From Candidatus Izemoplasma sp. (GTDB lineage Bacteria > Bacillota_I > Bacilli_A > Izemoplasmatales > Izemoplasmataceae): a DNA stretch of 59,472 nucleotides. The stretch lies in assembly GCA_007131405.1 (NCBI GenBank), contig SLQR01000023.1:1-59472 (forward strand), read 5' to 3'. Positions 8,074 through 17,054 of the stretch are shown piece after piece. Each line of letters begins with the position of its first letter. The first letter of the stretch is position 1. Position numbers and translations under genes: made by a program. The notes under the pieces are model-generated. The model had not been told where the DNA came from. It saw nothing but the letters and a program-made list of their open reading frames with translations, and made no database searches.

Positions 8074-9696
8074 ATGTCAACAAAAAGCAACTTGAAACGC
8101 AGCGAAATCGGCCTTAAAAATCCGCATCTTTTCAACCGTGTCCGCACAACCATTGAAACGGCTTTTTACCGTAACAATGTGATTCAAATAAATACGCTTG
8201 AAGAGGCTTACCACTTAGCAAAAAATTCACCCGGTACCGTGGTATCTGATTTACCCGTTCATCGCGCCGACGAACTCGGTCTACCCGAAGACGCGAAAGT
8301 GCTGATTTTTAACGATGGGGTCATTACTGGGCGTCAAGCACAAGCCCGTCGATTGGTTGAAAAAAATACCGTCGACCATTACAGCAAAATCGTCCGTGAT
8401 GCCGTCTATGAGTCACGTTATTCAACCATGTATCACGCAACCTGCGTCATTGGCTTAGACAAAGACTTTAGTGTTAAGGCGCATCTGCTTATTCCCGAAG
8501 GCTTTGAAAACACACTGTATTCATGGATGCTTAACTTCCAAGTGTTGGAAGATGAGATCCGTGAGATGTATAAAAACAGCGACGCATTCGATGAAGGCGA
8601 TATCTACATTTATTCCGATCCTGATTATTTCGTTGAAGGCTTTGAAGAAGGCTTTAGCTTGTTTGACCGCGACCACAACTGTGCTTGTATCTTAGGCATG
8701 CGTTACTTTGGTGAACACAAAAAAGGCACGCTAACCCTCGCATGGTCCATAGCACAACGTCAAGGCTTTACCGCATGCCATGGTGGTCAAAAACGCTTTA
8801 ATCTTCCAAACAACAAATCATACGTCTTAAGTGTCTTTGGCTTAAGCGGGTCTGGGAAAAGCACCATTACCCATTCAAAACACAATGATAAATACGACAT
8901 CACCGTCTTACACGACGATGCCTTTGTCATTAACAACACCGACACATCCAGTGTCAGTTTAGAACCATCCTATTTTGACAAAGTTCAAGACTACCCAACC
9001 GACTCAGAAGACAATAAATTCTTACTTACGATCCAAAACGTTGGGGTAACACGCGATGAAGATGGCTACATCGTTCCAGTCACAGAAGATATCCGCAATG
9101 GCAATGGACGCGCCGTTAAATCGAAGTTTTGGACACCAGAACGTCTCTATAAATTCGATGAAAAAGTCAATTCAATTTTCTGGATTATGAAAGACGATAC
9201 CTTACCACCACTGCTTAAGATTAATGCTTCTGACCTTGCTTCAACGCTTGGTGCGACCCTTGCAACCAAACGCACAAGTGCAGAACATGGCGCAGACACC
9301 TCAAAACTTGCGATGGTGCCTTACGCCAACCCGTTTAGGCTTTACCCGCTTACGCACGACTACACCAAGTTCAAAGAACTCTTTGAAGACCACAACGTCG
9401 AATGTTACGTTATTAATACCGGCCATTTTGGCGATAAAAAAATACCACCAAGTGTGACACTTGGTGCCATTGAATCGATTGTTGAAAAAACCATTCGCTA
9501 CAACCCATTTACCCCATTAAGCAACACTGAATACGCAGACATCGAAGGCTTTAACCCGCCACTTGACGATGCTGATTATTTAGCCCAATTCAAAAACCGT
9601 ATGGAATCGCGTATTGAATACTTGAAGAATCTTGACGACCGTGACCGCTTGCCGCAAGAGGCTTACGAGAGTATTGAAAAACGCCTTAAACCATAA
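8074..9696 (+). CDS. divergent phosphoenolpyruvate carboxykinase (ATP)-family protein
   Basis: 540 aa with an AAGGAG SD. PEPCK(ATP) landmarks are recognisable: GVITGRQ (cf GIFTGRS), LGMRYFGEHKKG (cf GGTWYGGEMKKG), P-loop FGLSGSGKST, NGNGRAV (cf ENTRVS), VINTGHFG (cf LVNTGWNG). The kinase-2 region reads LHDDAFVI instead of IGDDEHGW. Confidence 0.75.
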   Translation: MSTKSNLKRSEIGLKNPHLFNRVRTTIETAFYRNNVIQINTLEEAYHLAKNSPGTVVSDLPVHRADELGLPEDAKVLIFNDGVITGRQAQARRLVEKNTVDHYSKIVRDAVYESRYSTMYHATCVIGLDKDFSVKAHLLIPEGFENTLYSWMLNFQVLEDEIREMYKNSDAFDEGDIYIYSDPDYFVEGFEEGFSLFDRDHNCACILGMRYFGEHKKGTLTLAWSIAQRQGFTACHGGQKRFNLPNNKSYVLSVFGLSGSGKSTITHSKHNDKYDITVLHDDAFVINNTDTSSVSLEPSYFDKVQDYPTDSEDNKFLLTIQNVGVTRDEDGYIVPVTEDIRNGNGRAVKSKFWTPERLYKFDEKVNSIFWIMKDDTLPPLLKINASDLASTLGATLATKRTSAEHGADTSKLAMVPYANPFRLYPLTHDYTKFKELFEDHNVECYVINTGHFGDKKIPPSVTLGAIESIVEKTIRYNPFTPLSNTEYADIEGFNPPLDDADYLAQFKNRMESRIEYLKNLDDRDRLPQEAYESIEKRLKP

Positions 9697-9713
9697 GTTG
9701 AGGTGACGAGATT

Positions 9714-10997
9714 ATGAAATTATTTGTAAGTGACATTGTTCACGATAAAGAAATTATTGACACCGTATTTGAAGCAAGTCAAGGTGCTATTGATGCGACA
9801 AAAAAATACGGCATCGAACACGTCGTTAATGGCGCATTCGGTACCTATTTTGACGAAACCGGAAAACTGTTAACCTTTGATACAGTTTACCGTGCGTTTG
9901 ATCGCGTTGACGATATTCAAAAAGCCAAATACGCTTCAAGCATCATGGGGCCACCCGAATTTCAAGAAGCGGTTAAAAACTGGCTCTTTAAATCGGTAGA
10001 CCTTGACATTGACTGCGATATTATTGCCACGCCTGGTGGAACGGGTGCGCTTTCGAGTACAATTAAAAACACGTTAACGCGTGGACAAACCGTCATACAC
10101 CCAGATATTGGATGGGGGCCATATACAACAATCGCTAAAGAACAAGGTACACCGATTAAAAATTACACACTGTTTAAAGACAATGTATTTAACGTTGAAT
10201 CCTTTAAAGAAACCTGTTTACAAGTCATGCATGATCAAGGCAAAGTCCTTGCCTTTATTAACGACCCTTGTCAAAACCCAACCGGGTATACAATGACTGA
10301 AGACGAATGGGACCGTGTCCTTGACGTCGTCAAAGAAGTCAGTGAACAAGGCCCATTTGTTTTGCTTCATGACATTGCCTACATCGATTTCAATTTAAAA
10401 GGTGAATCGTATAAAAAAATCTTTAAGCGCTTCACTGAACTCCCTGATAATGTCTTAACGGTTGTGACCTTTAGTGCATCAAAAACATTGACAGCCTACG
10501 GGATGCGTGTTGGTGCACAAGTGCTTATTTCGAGCAACGAAGAACAACGCATCAAAATGAAACACGCCTGTGGAAACACCGCACGCGGTGTGTGGTCAAC
10601 GGTCAATAACGGTGGGATGCGTGTCTTCTCAGACATCGCGCTGAACCCTGAACTTAAAGCTACCTACATGGCTGAAAAACAAACATTTGTCGACTTGCTT
10701 GTCGAACGTGGTGATATCTTTGTGCGTGAAGCTAAAGAAGTTGGGTTACCGATTTATCCTTACAAAGAAGGATTCTTTGTGACCATTCGCATTGACGATG
10801 CCTTACTGAAAAATGAACTGCACTTAAAACTTAAAGCCTTAAATATTTTCTTTGTCAACGTTTATGGCGGCTTACGCGTCGCAATTTGCAGCATCCCTAA
10901 AGATAAGCTTTACGGGCTTGCAAAGCGTGTAAAAGATGCATTAGATGATTTAACCGATACGGATGAAGAAACAGAACCCAAAACCGAAACGGACTAA
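9714..10997 (+). CDS. class I/II PLP-dependent aminotransferase (AspC/TyrB-like) with an acidic C-terminal tail
   Basis: 427 aa with a GAGGTGA SD. Contains TPGGTGAL, NPCQNPTG and the PLP-lysine context FSASKTLTAYGMRVGA. The tail is DDLTDTDEETEPKTETD. Confidence 0.85.
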   Translation: MKLFVSDIVHDKEIIDTVFEASQGAIDATKKYGIEHVVNGAFGTYFDETGKLLTFDTVYRAFDRVDDIQKAKYASSIMGPPEFQEAVKNWLFKSVDLDIDCDIIATPGGTGALSSTIKNTLTRGQTVIHPDIGWGPYTTIAKEQGTPIKNYTLFKDNVFNVESFKETCLQVMHDQGKVLAFINDPCQNPTGYTMTEDEWDRVLDVVKEVSEQGPFVLLHDIAYIDFNLKGESYKKIFKRFTELPDNVLTVVTFSASKTLTAYGMRVGAQVLISSNEEQRIKMKHACGNTARGVWSTVNNGGMRVFSDIALNPELKATYMAEKQTFVDLLVERGDIFVREAKEVGLPIYPYKEGFFVTIRIDDALLKNELHLKLKALNIFFVNVYGGLRVAICSIPKDKLYGLAKRVKDALDDLTDTDEETEPKTETD

Positions 10998-10999
10998 CA

Positions 11000-11031
11000 A
11001 AAAAAAAGCACGATTATTCGTGCTTTTTTTG
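11000..11031. terminator. bidirectional rho-independent terminator shared by the aminotransferase gene and miaA
   Basis: AAAAAAAGCACGA-TTAT-TCGTGCTTTTTTT, with an A-tract and a T-tract on either side. The miaA stop codon lies in the loop. Confidence 0.8.
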
Positions 11032-11913
11032 AGCAATAAGTGCTTTTGCTTGTGAAATCACATCATCAAAATGATTAAGATCGACATCAATCCACGTCAC
11101 ATCAAGTTGATTATTAAAATAGGTGTATTGACGTTTCGCGTAGCGACGTGTATTCGTTTTGATTAAGGCAATGGCCGTTTCTAAACTGTAAAACCCTCGG
11201 AAATACCCAATCAGTTCTTTATAGCCAATCGCACTTAAACTTTGTGTTTCACCATAGGTATCGTATAGATGCCTAACCTCATCGACGAGCCCATCTTCAA
11301 CCATTTGATCCACGCGTTGATTAATGCGTTCATAGAGTTTTTCTCTTGGCATGGTAAGCCCTATAATAAGATAGTCGTAAAGCGATTCATCTTCATTGTT
11401 TTGTTCGCTTCTTGGGACACCTTGTGAAGCACGGTACAAAGCTTGAATCACACGCTTACGGTTATTGGGATGAATCTTTTTAGTGGCTTCATAGTCTGCC
11501 TTTTCAAGGAGTGTAAAAAGCGATTCATTGTCGTAATCATCATACTGTTCATCAAAGGATTCTGGACGGTGAGAACCTTCAAAATTAAAGTCATGCAAGA
11601 CACTTTTTATATAAAAACCAGTGCCCCCAACAATCAGTGGTAGCTGGTTTTTCTGCGTGAAGGTGTCAATGAGTTCACGCACACGTGTTTGATACTCCGC
11701 CACCGAAAACGGCTCATTTGGCAGGCGTTCATCAATGAGATGATGGCGAATGGTTTTGGTTTCTTCTTTCGTGACTTTTGCGCTTCCGATGTTCATGCCG
11801 CGATAGATTTGAACACTATCCCCTGAAATAATCTCGGTGTTGTATGTTTTTGCAAGTGCAAGGGATAATGCGGTTTTTCCAACCCCTGTTGGTCCAACAA
11901 TAACAACAATCAT
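11014..11913 (-). CDS. miaA: tRNA dimethylallyltransferase
   Basis: P-loop VIVGPTGVGKTALS, then GDSVQIYRGMNIGSAK and GGTGFY. 4-nt ATGA overlap with mutL. Confidence 0.92.
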   Translation of the reverse strand: MIVVIVGPTGVGKTALSLALAKTYNTEIISGDSVQIYRGMNIGSAKVTKEETKTIRHHLIDERLPNEPFSVAEYQTRVRELIDTFTQKNQLPLIVGGTGFYIKSVLHDFNFEGSHRPESFDEQYDDYDNESLFTLLEKADYEATKKIHPNNRKRVIQALYRASQGVPRSEQNNEDESLYDYLIIGLTMPREKLYERINQRVDQMVEDGLVDEVRHLYDTYGETQSLSAIGYKELIGYFRGFYSLETAIALIKTNTRRYAKRQYTYFNNQLDVTWIDVDLNHFDDVISQAKALIAQKKHE

Positions 11914-13649
11914 GATTGAATCCTCTTGAAGAGACGTTCAATTTCATGTTCGGTAAAATGAATCAGGGTTGGGCGTCCATGAGGACAGGTATAGGGGTTG
12001 TTTTGTTGTTCAAGGTCTCGCATTAACGTGTGAACTTCATCACGCGTGATGTATTTATTCGCTTTAATCGAATGCTTACAAGCTAAATCTTTAGACAACT
12101 GATCAATCATCACACCAATGGATAGATCGTCGTCGTTTAACAGCTTACGAATCATCGTTTCAGCGTACGCTTCTTCTTCACCTTCATAAAACCACGAAGG
12201 CACCGATTCGATGACGACTTCATTTGAACTCGTTAGGCGGGTTTTTAGACCGAAATCATGGAGTGTATCTTTAATGGATTGATACCCAATATTTTCTTCA
12301 TTTGATAAATGCACCTGTATTGGAACAAGCAACGGTTTACGGGTAAAATCATCTTGACGCATCGCCTCATAGTAGCGTTCATAGCGAATCCGTTCAGCGG
12401 CGGCGTGCTGGTCGACAAGGTATAGGCCTTCATCGCCTTGAAAAAGCAAATACGTTCCGGCGTACTGCCCAATGTATTCCATCTCTGGAAGACGTCGATG
12501 ATCTTTGGGTAGCGGATTTAACGCATCTGTAGGTTCTTCTGAACTTAAATCAACAGGTTCAACTTCATAGGTATGCTTTTTCTCTTCAGCCGGCGTGTTT
12601 GAAAAGCGCATCTTGGTTTGGTTTGGTTCAGCTTTATCTTCTTTTTTTACCTTAGGCACTAAGTACGCATCACGCAGTCGGGTTTCAATGGTGTTTTTAA
12701 TCAACGTCAGCAAACTGTGTTCTTCGGTAAATTTAATTTCAAGTTTTTGCGGGTGAATATTGATATCAATTAACAATGGGTCTACTTGAACCGACAGATA
12801 AACAATCGGGTATTTTTGAACCGGTAAATACGTTCTATACCCATCCAAAATAGCGGTTAAGACACGATTGTTTTTAATCATGCGCTGATTACAAATAAGA
12901 CTCATGTGTTGACGAGTTGAACGGGTAAAGGCAGGTTTGCAGGCAAACCCACGAATGTTAAAGTAACTATTTTTTCCCTCAAACTCGAGCATTTCTTTGG
13001 CAATTTCAGACCCGTAAATGTGATGCAATATCTTAAGAATATCACCATCACCGTGCGTCTTGAATAAGGTTTTTTTGTTATGGCTTATGGTGAACCGTAC
13101 TTCAGGATGAGACAAGGCCATTTTATTAACGTAATCGACAATGTAAGCCAGTTCGCGTTGTTCACTTTTCAGGTGTTTAAGGCGGGCTGGCGTGTTATAA
13201 AAGAGGTTTTTCACAGTGATGATGGTTCCTTGTTTCACCGTGCCAAGTGTATCCTCGATCACGTGACCATTTTTTAGCGTCAATTTGCGGGCGGTCGTGG
13301 TGCCGTCTGAGGATTCAATCACCATTTCAGAGACACTCGCAATACTCGGGAGTGCTTCCCCGCGAAAACCGAGTGAAGCAATGTGGTAAAGATCGTGGTG
13401 CGTTTTTATTTTGCTGGTCGCGTGACGTTTAAAAGCCATCAAAAGATCGTCTTTGTCCATCCCTTGACCGTTATCAATGATTTTTATGCTTTTCAAGCCA
13501 TAATCGGTGAGTTGTATGTCGATTTGATCACTCTCTGCATCCAGTGCATTTTCCGTGAGTTCTTTAACAACACTTGCTGGATTTTCAACAACTTCACCTG
13601 CAGCAATCATATTCGATAAGGCTTCATCCAGTTGAATGATCTTCCCCAT
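11910..13649 (-). CDS. mutL: DNA mismatch repair endonuclease MutL
   Basis: GHKL ATPase N-terminus (IAAGEVVENPASVVKELTENALDA, IDNGQGM, LGFRGEAL). C-terminal endonuclease motifs DQHAAAERIRYE and CPHGRP. Confidence 0.95.
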   Translation of the reverse strand: MGKIIQLDEALSNMIAAGEVVENPASVVKELTENALDAESDQIDIQLTDYGLKSIKIIDNGQGMDKDDLLMAFKRHATSKIKTHHDLYHIASLGFRGEALPSIASVSEMVIESSDGTTTARKLTLKNGHVIEDTLGTVKQGTIITVKNLFYNTPARLKHLKSEQRELAYIVDYVNKMALSHPEVRFTISHNKKTLFKTHGDGDILKILHHIYGSEIAKEMLEFEGKNSYFNIRGFACKPAFTRSTRQHMSLICNQRMIKNNRVLTAILDGYRTYLPVQKYPIVYLSVQVDPLLIDINIHPQKLEIKFTEEHSLLTLIKNTIETRLRDAYLVPKVKKEDKAEPNQTKMRFSNTPAEEKKHTYEVEPVDLSSEEPTDALNPLPKDHRRLPEMEYIGQYAGTYLLFQGDEGLYLVDQHAAAERIRYERYYEAMRQDDFTRKPLLVPIQVHLSNEENIGYQSIKDTLHDFGLKTRLTSSNEVVIESVPSWFYEGEEEAYAETMIRKLLNDDDLSIGVMIDQLSKDLACKHSIKANKYITRDEVHTLMRDLEQQNNPYTCPHGRPTLIHFTEHEIERLFKRIQS

Positions 13650-13674
13650 GCTTTCACCACCTTTACTTACTATT

Positions 13675-14469
13675 TTATTGTTTTTGTGCGACGATTACGC
13701 AACTAAGCGGAATGCCTTGATGATTTAATTCAGTCATCATATTGCCTTGGCATACTGGGATTTCTTCAAGTTTTTTTAACTGAAACCCAGATGCAATCAT
13801 TCCATTTAAGATATCCATCATGGGATGGGTATAACTTGTAAATGGTTCTGATTTATAGTCCTGATCAGTCATGTAGCCCATGCCTTTATTTTCGACCCAT
13901 GGCGCTTTCCTAAAATAGTCATAAACAATATTTTTAGGATAGTCCTTGTTGTATCCTTCTTCGCTTTTTGTGGCAAGCGTGTTTTGAACAGGATGCCCTT
14001 CTTCGATTAGAAGGATTCCATCCTTTTTCACCCAAGACGCCACAACCTTAAAGAATCCTTCAAGGTTGTCAAACCAACATAATGCCCCAACGGTAATGAG
14101 CGCCACATCATAGAGTTTGTCTGGTGGGGTTAAGGCCAATATATTGTTTGCTTCAAAGCTCGCGTTTAGCGATAATTCATGGGCAACTTCATTCCCAAAC
14201 CGTACCATGTTTTCAGCAATATCTATGCCTTTTACTTCAGTAAAGCCAAAGGCTAACGACGCCAACGTTTCGCGGCCATTATTGCAACAAAAATGCGCTA
14301 AACGTCCACCGTTTTTTCCAGCTTCTTCGAGTTGAGGCGAGAGGTACGGAGAAATAATGCTTTTCGGGTTTTCTTTTAAGCGCTGTTTCATTGATTGTTT
14401 AAACTTAACTGAACTTTGATCAAACGCTTCTTCCCAAGCTTTTTTGTTGTTTTTTATTGTGTCGTTCAT
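13675..14469 (-). CDS. class I SAM-dependent methyltransferase (small-molecule/RNA type) inserted between mutS and mutL
   Basis: 264 aa. Rossmann-type MTase pattern (LAHFCCNNGRETL..., VKGIDIAENMV, YDVALITVGALCWF, VKKDGILLIEE). The SD AGGAAG lies in the mutS 3' end. 5 nt after the mutS stop and 25 nt before the mutL ATG. Confidence 0.8.
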   Translation of the reverse strand: MNDTIKNNKKAWEEAFDQSSVKFKQSMKQRLKENPKSIISPYLSPQLEEAGKNGGRLAHFCCNNGRETLASLAFGFTEVKGIDIAENMVRFGNEVAHELSLNASFEANNILALTPPDKLYDVALITVGALCWFDNLEGFFKVVASWVKKDGILLIEEGHPVQNTLATKSEEGYNKDYPKNIVYDYFRKAPWVENKGMGYMTDQDYKSEPFTSYTHPMMDILNGMIASGFQLKKLEEIPVCQGNMMTELNHQGIPLSCVIVAQKQ

Positions 14470-14474
14470 CGCGT

Positions 14475-17036
14475 TTACTTCCTATTCTTTAGTTTTTGTT
14501 TGAGTTCATAGAGTGCATTTAAGGCTTCAATTGGTTTCATCGCATCAAGGTCTAGATGCTCAAGTTCATCAAAAAGGTCTGCATAGAGATGTGGTTCCTC
14601 GTTAGTTTCCGTCGTTTCTTCTTGGGTTAAACTAAATAAATTAAAGTCAGGTGCTGACCCATTTTTTTCAAGTGAGGCAAGAATTTTCTCACTGCGTTTA
14701 ATCAAGGAACTTGGAAGCTTTGCGAGTGAAGCCACATTAATACCATAAGACTTATCCGCACGTCCTTCACGGACTTGATGCAAAAAGATGATTTTGCCAT
14801 TTTGTTCTTTTGCAGCAACGTGGATGTTTTTAAGGCGCTCTAAGTTTTCTTCAAGGTGTGTGAGTTCATGATAGTGCGTTGAAAAGAGTGTCTTACATCC
14901 AATCTTTTGATGGATATACTCAATGATTGCCTGCGCAATGGCAAGACCATCATAGGTTGAGGTTCCACGACCAATTTCATCAAATAAGATCAGAGAGTTT
15001 TTTGTGGCGTTTTGGATGGCGTGGTTGGCATCAAGCATTTCAACCATAAAGGTAGATTTTCCGCTGATTAAATCATCGCTAGATCCAATGCGCGTAAACA
15101 ACTGATCAAACAGTGGTAGTTGGGCTTCTTTGGCTGGAACAAACGAACCAATTTGCGCTAAGATTGCAATGATTGCCAGTTGGCGCATATATGTCGACTT
15201 ACCACTCATATTCGGCCCAGTGATGAGCGCAATATCCGTGGTTCCTTCTAAGATGATATCGTTAGGAATAAAGACCTCGTCAAGGACTTTTTCAACTACT
15301 GGGTGACGCGCTTCTTTGATGCGTATTGCGTGGTCATCAATTAAGGTCGGGCGAATAAAGCGTTCATTTTCGCTGATCGTTGATAGAGCTAAAAACATAT
15401 CAATTTCACTGATTAGTTCTGCATTTTTTTGAATTTGAGGAATAAAGTCGCGAATATAATCACGCAGTTCTAAGAAAAGCTCATATTCGAGTTGAACTGA
15501 TTTTTCTTCGCTTGATAAAATTATCTGTTCTTTTTCTTTTAAGGTTTCCGTGATATAGCGTTCCGCATTGGCTAAGGTTTGTTTTCGGTTATAGCCAAAC
15601 TCATCTTTGACGCGTTCAACACTTCCTTTGGGAATTTCAATGTAATAGCCAAAGACACGATTATAGCCTATTTTCAGCTTTTTAATGCCTGTTCTTTCAC
15701 GTTCTTCCGCTTCGAATTGAGTTAAAAAGTCTTTCACATTCAAATGAATATCTTTAAGTTCGTCGAGTTCTTTATGGTAGCCATCTTTGATCATGTTTCC
15801 TTCGCGGATCGTGAGCGGCTGTTCATCGAGTAAGGCTTTATTTAGAAGGTCATGCACTTTGTCTAAACGATCAATTGATTCACTTAGGAAACGTGCATAC
15901 GTTAAATCAAGGTCATTTAAGAGCCGTTTAAAATCCGGTAAAATCGATAAACTCTTACGGAGTTGTAATAAATCTTTTCCGTTGGTGTTGCCATAGGAAA
16001 TACGCCCAACAATGCGTTCAAGATCGTAGACATTTTTAAGCAAATCTTGGAGTTCGTTTTTTACGATAAATTCTTTGTTTAACGCATCGATAAAATCATA
16101 TCGTTTATTGAGTATATCTTTATTGATCAGTGGTCGTAAGAGCTGCTTTTTCAAGTAACGCGCACCAAGCGCCGTGCTGGTGTGGTTTAAAAGCCAAAAG
16201 AGTGAGCCATTTTCTTGATTTTGTCGCGTTGTACGTGTCAATTCTAGACTACGGATGGTGTTCGCATCCATTTTCATCGTGCGCGTCGCTTCGATGTGTT
16301 CGGCTTTTTTCATGTGCATAAGCGCACGTTTCTGGGTTTTTAACACATAACTTAATAGCCGTTTGGTCGTTTTTTGTTCTTCATCGGTTGGAAGCTCGGT
16401 CACTAATTTATGAAACACCGGATCAATATCGGTATCGCGATGAATCGAAAGGGTGATGCCTTCATGATCGGCGTAGTGTTGGATATACGATAAATCAAAC
16501 TGATGACTAACAATCAGTTCTTTTAATGGGATTGCTGAGAGTTCGTTGATGAGGGCATTCATGTCTTTTGGTACTTTAAGCGCAGCGAGTTCACCGGTTG
16601 ATATGTTGGCGTAACTAATCGTGTAAAAGTAGGCGCTTAATCCAATCGCTCCAAGATAGATTTCACCGGCATTGGGTTCATCAATGTTGGTGCCTGGGGT
16701 TACAATACGGACAACATCGCGTTTCACAAGTTTTTTGCCTTGACCGGCCGCTTCGACTTGTTCGCAGATCGCAACTTTATAGCCTTTTTCCACTAAACGA
16801 TTTAAATAGGCTTCCGCGGCGTGGTGTGGAACCCCACACATCGGCACACGTTCTTTTGCACCTGCATCACGGGCCGTCAATTGAATTTCCAGTTCACGAC
16901 TGGCTAAATACGCGTCTTCAAAGAACATTTCATAGAAGTCCCCAAGTCGAAAAAAGACTATAGCATCGTTATAGTCTTCTTTGATGGTTAAGTATTGCTG
17001 CATCATTGGGGTGTAATCATCTTTGTTGATCGTCAT
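14475..17036 (-). CDS. mutS: DNA mismatch repair protein MutS
   Basis: Track ORF 14475..17045. ATG 17036 is preferred (GAGGTG 6 nt upstream; the GTG at 17045 is part of the SD). YTPMMQQYL, GDFYEMFFEDA, Walker A TGPNMSGKSTYMRQ, STFMVEM, DEIGRGTSTYDG, THYHEL. Confidence 0.95.
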   Translation of the reverse strand: MTINKDDYTPMMQQYLTIKEDYNDAIVFFRLGDFYEMFFEDAYLASRELEIQLTARDAGAKERVPMCGVPHHAAEAYLNRLVEKGYKVAICEQVEAAGQGKKLVKRDVVRIVTPGTNIDEPNAGEIYLGAIGLSAYFYTISYANISTGELAALKVPKDMNALINELSAIPLKELIVSHQFDLSYIQHYADHEGITLSIHRDTDIDPVFHKLVTELPTDEEQKTTKRLLSYVLKTQKRALMHMKKAEHIEATRTMKMDANTIRSLELTRTTRQNQENGSLFWLLNHTSTALGARYLKKQLLRPLINKDILNKRYDFIDALNKEFIVKNELQDLLKNVYDLERIVGRISYGNTNGKDLLQLRKSLSILPDFKRLLNDLDLTYARFLSESIDRLDKVHDLLNKALLDEQPLTIREGNMIKDGYHKELDELKDIHLNVKDFLTQFEAEERERTGIKKLKIGYNRVFGYYIEIPKGSVERVKDEFGYNRKQTLANAERYITETLKEKEQIILSSEEKSVQLEYELFLELRDYIRDFIPQIQKNAELISEIDMFLALSTISENERFIRPTLIDDHAIRIKEARHPVVEKVLDEVFIPNDIILEGTTDIALITGPNMSGKSTYMRQLAIIAILAQIGSFVPAKEAQLPLFDQLFTRIGSSDDLISGKSTFMVEMLDANHAIQNATKNSLILFDEIGRGTSTYDGLAIAQAIIEYIHQKIGCKTLFSTHYHELTHLEENLERLKNIHVAAKEQNGKIIFLHQVREGRADKSYGINVASLAKLPSSLIKRSEKILASLEKNGSAPDFNLFSLTQEETTETNEEPHLYADLFDELEHLDLDAMKPIEALNALYELKQKLKNRK

Positions 17037-17054
17037 GGCGGACACCTCGATACT

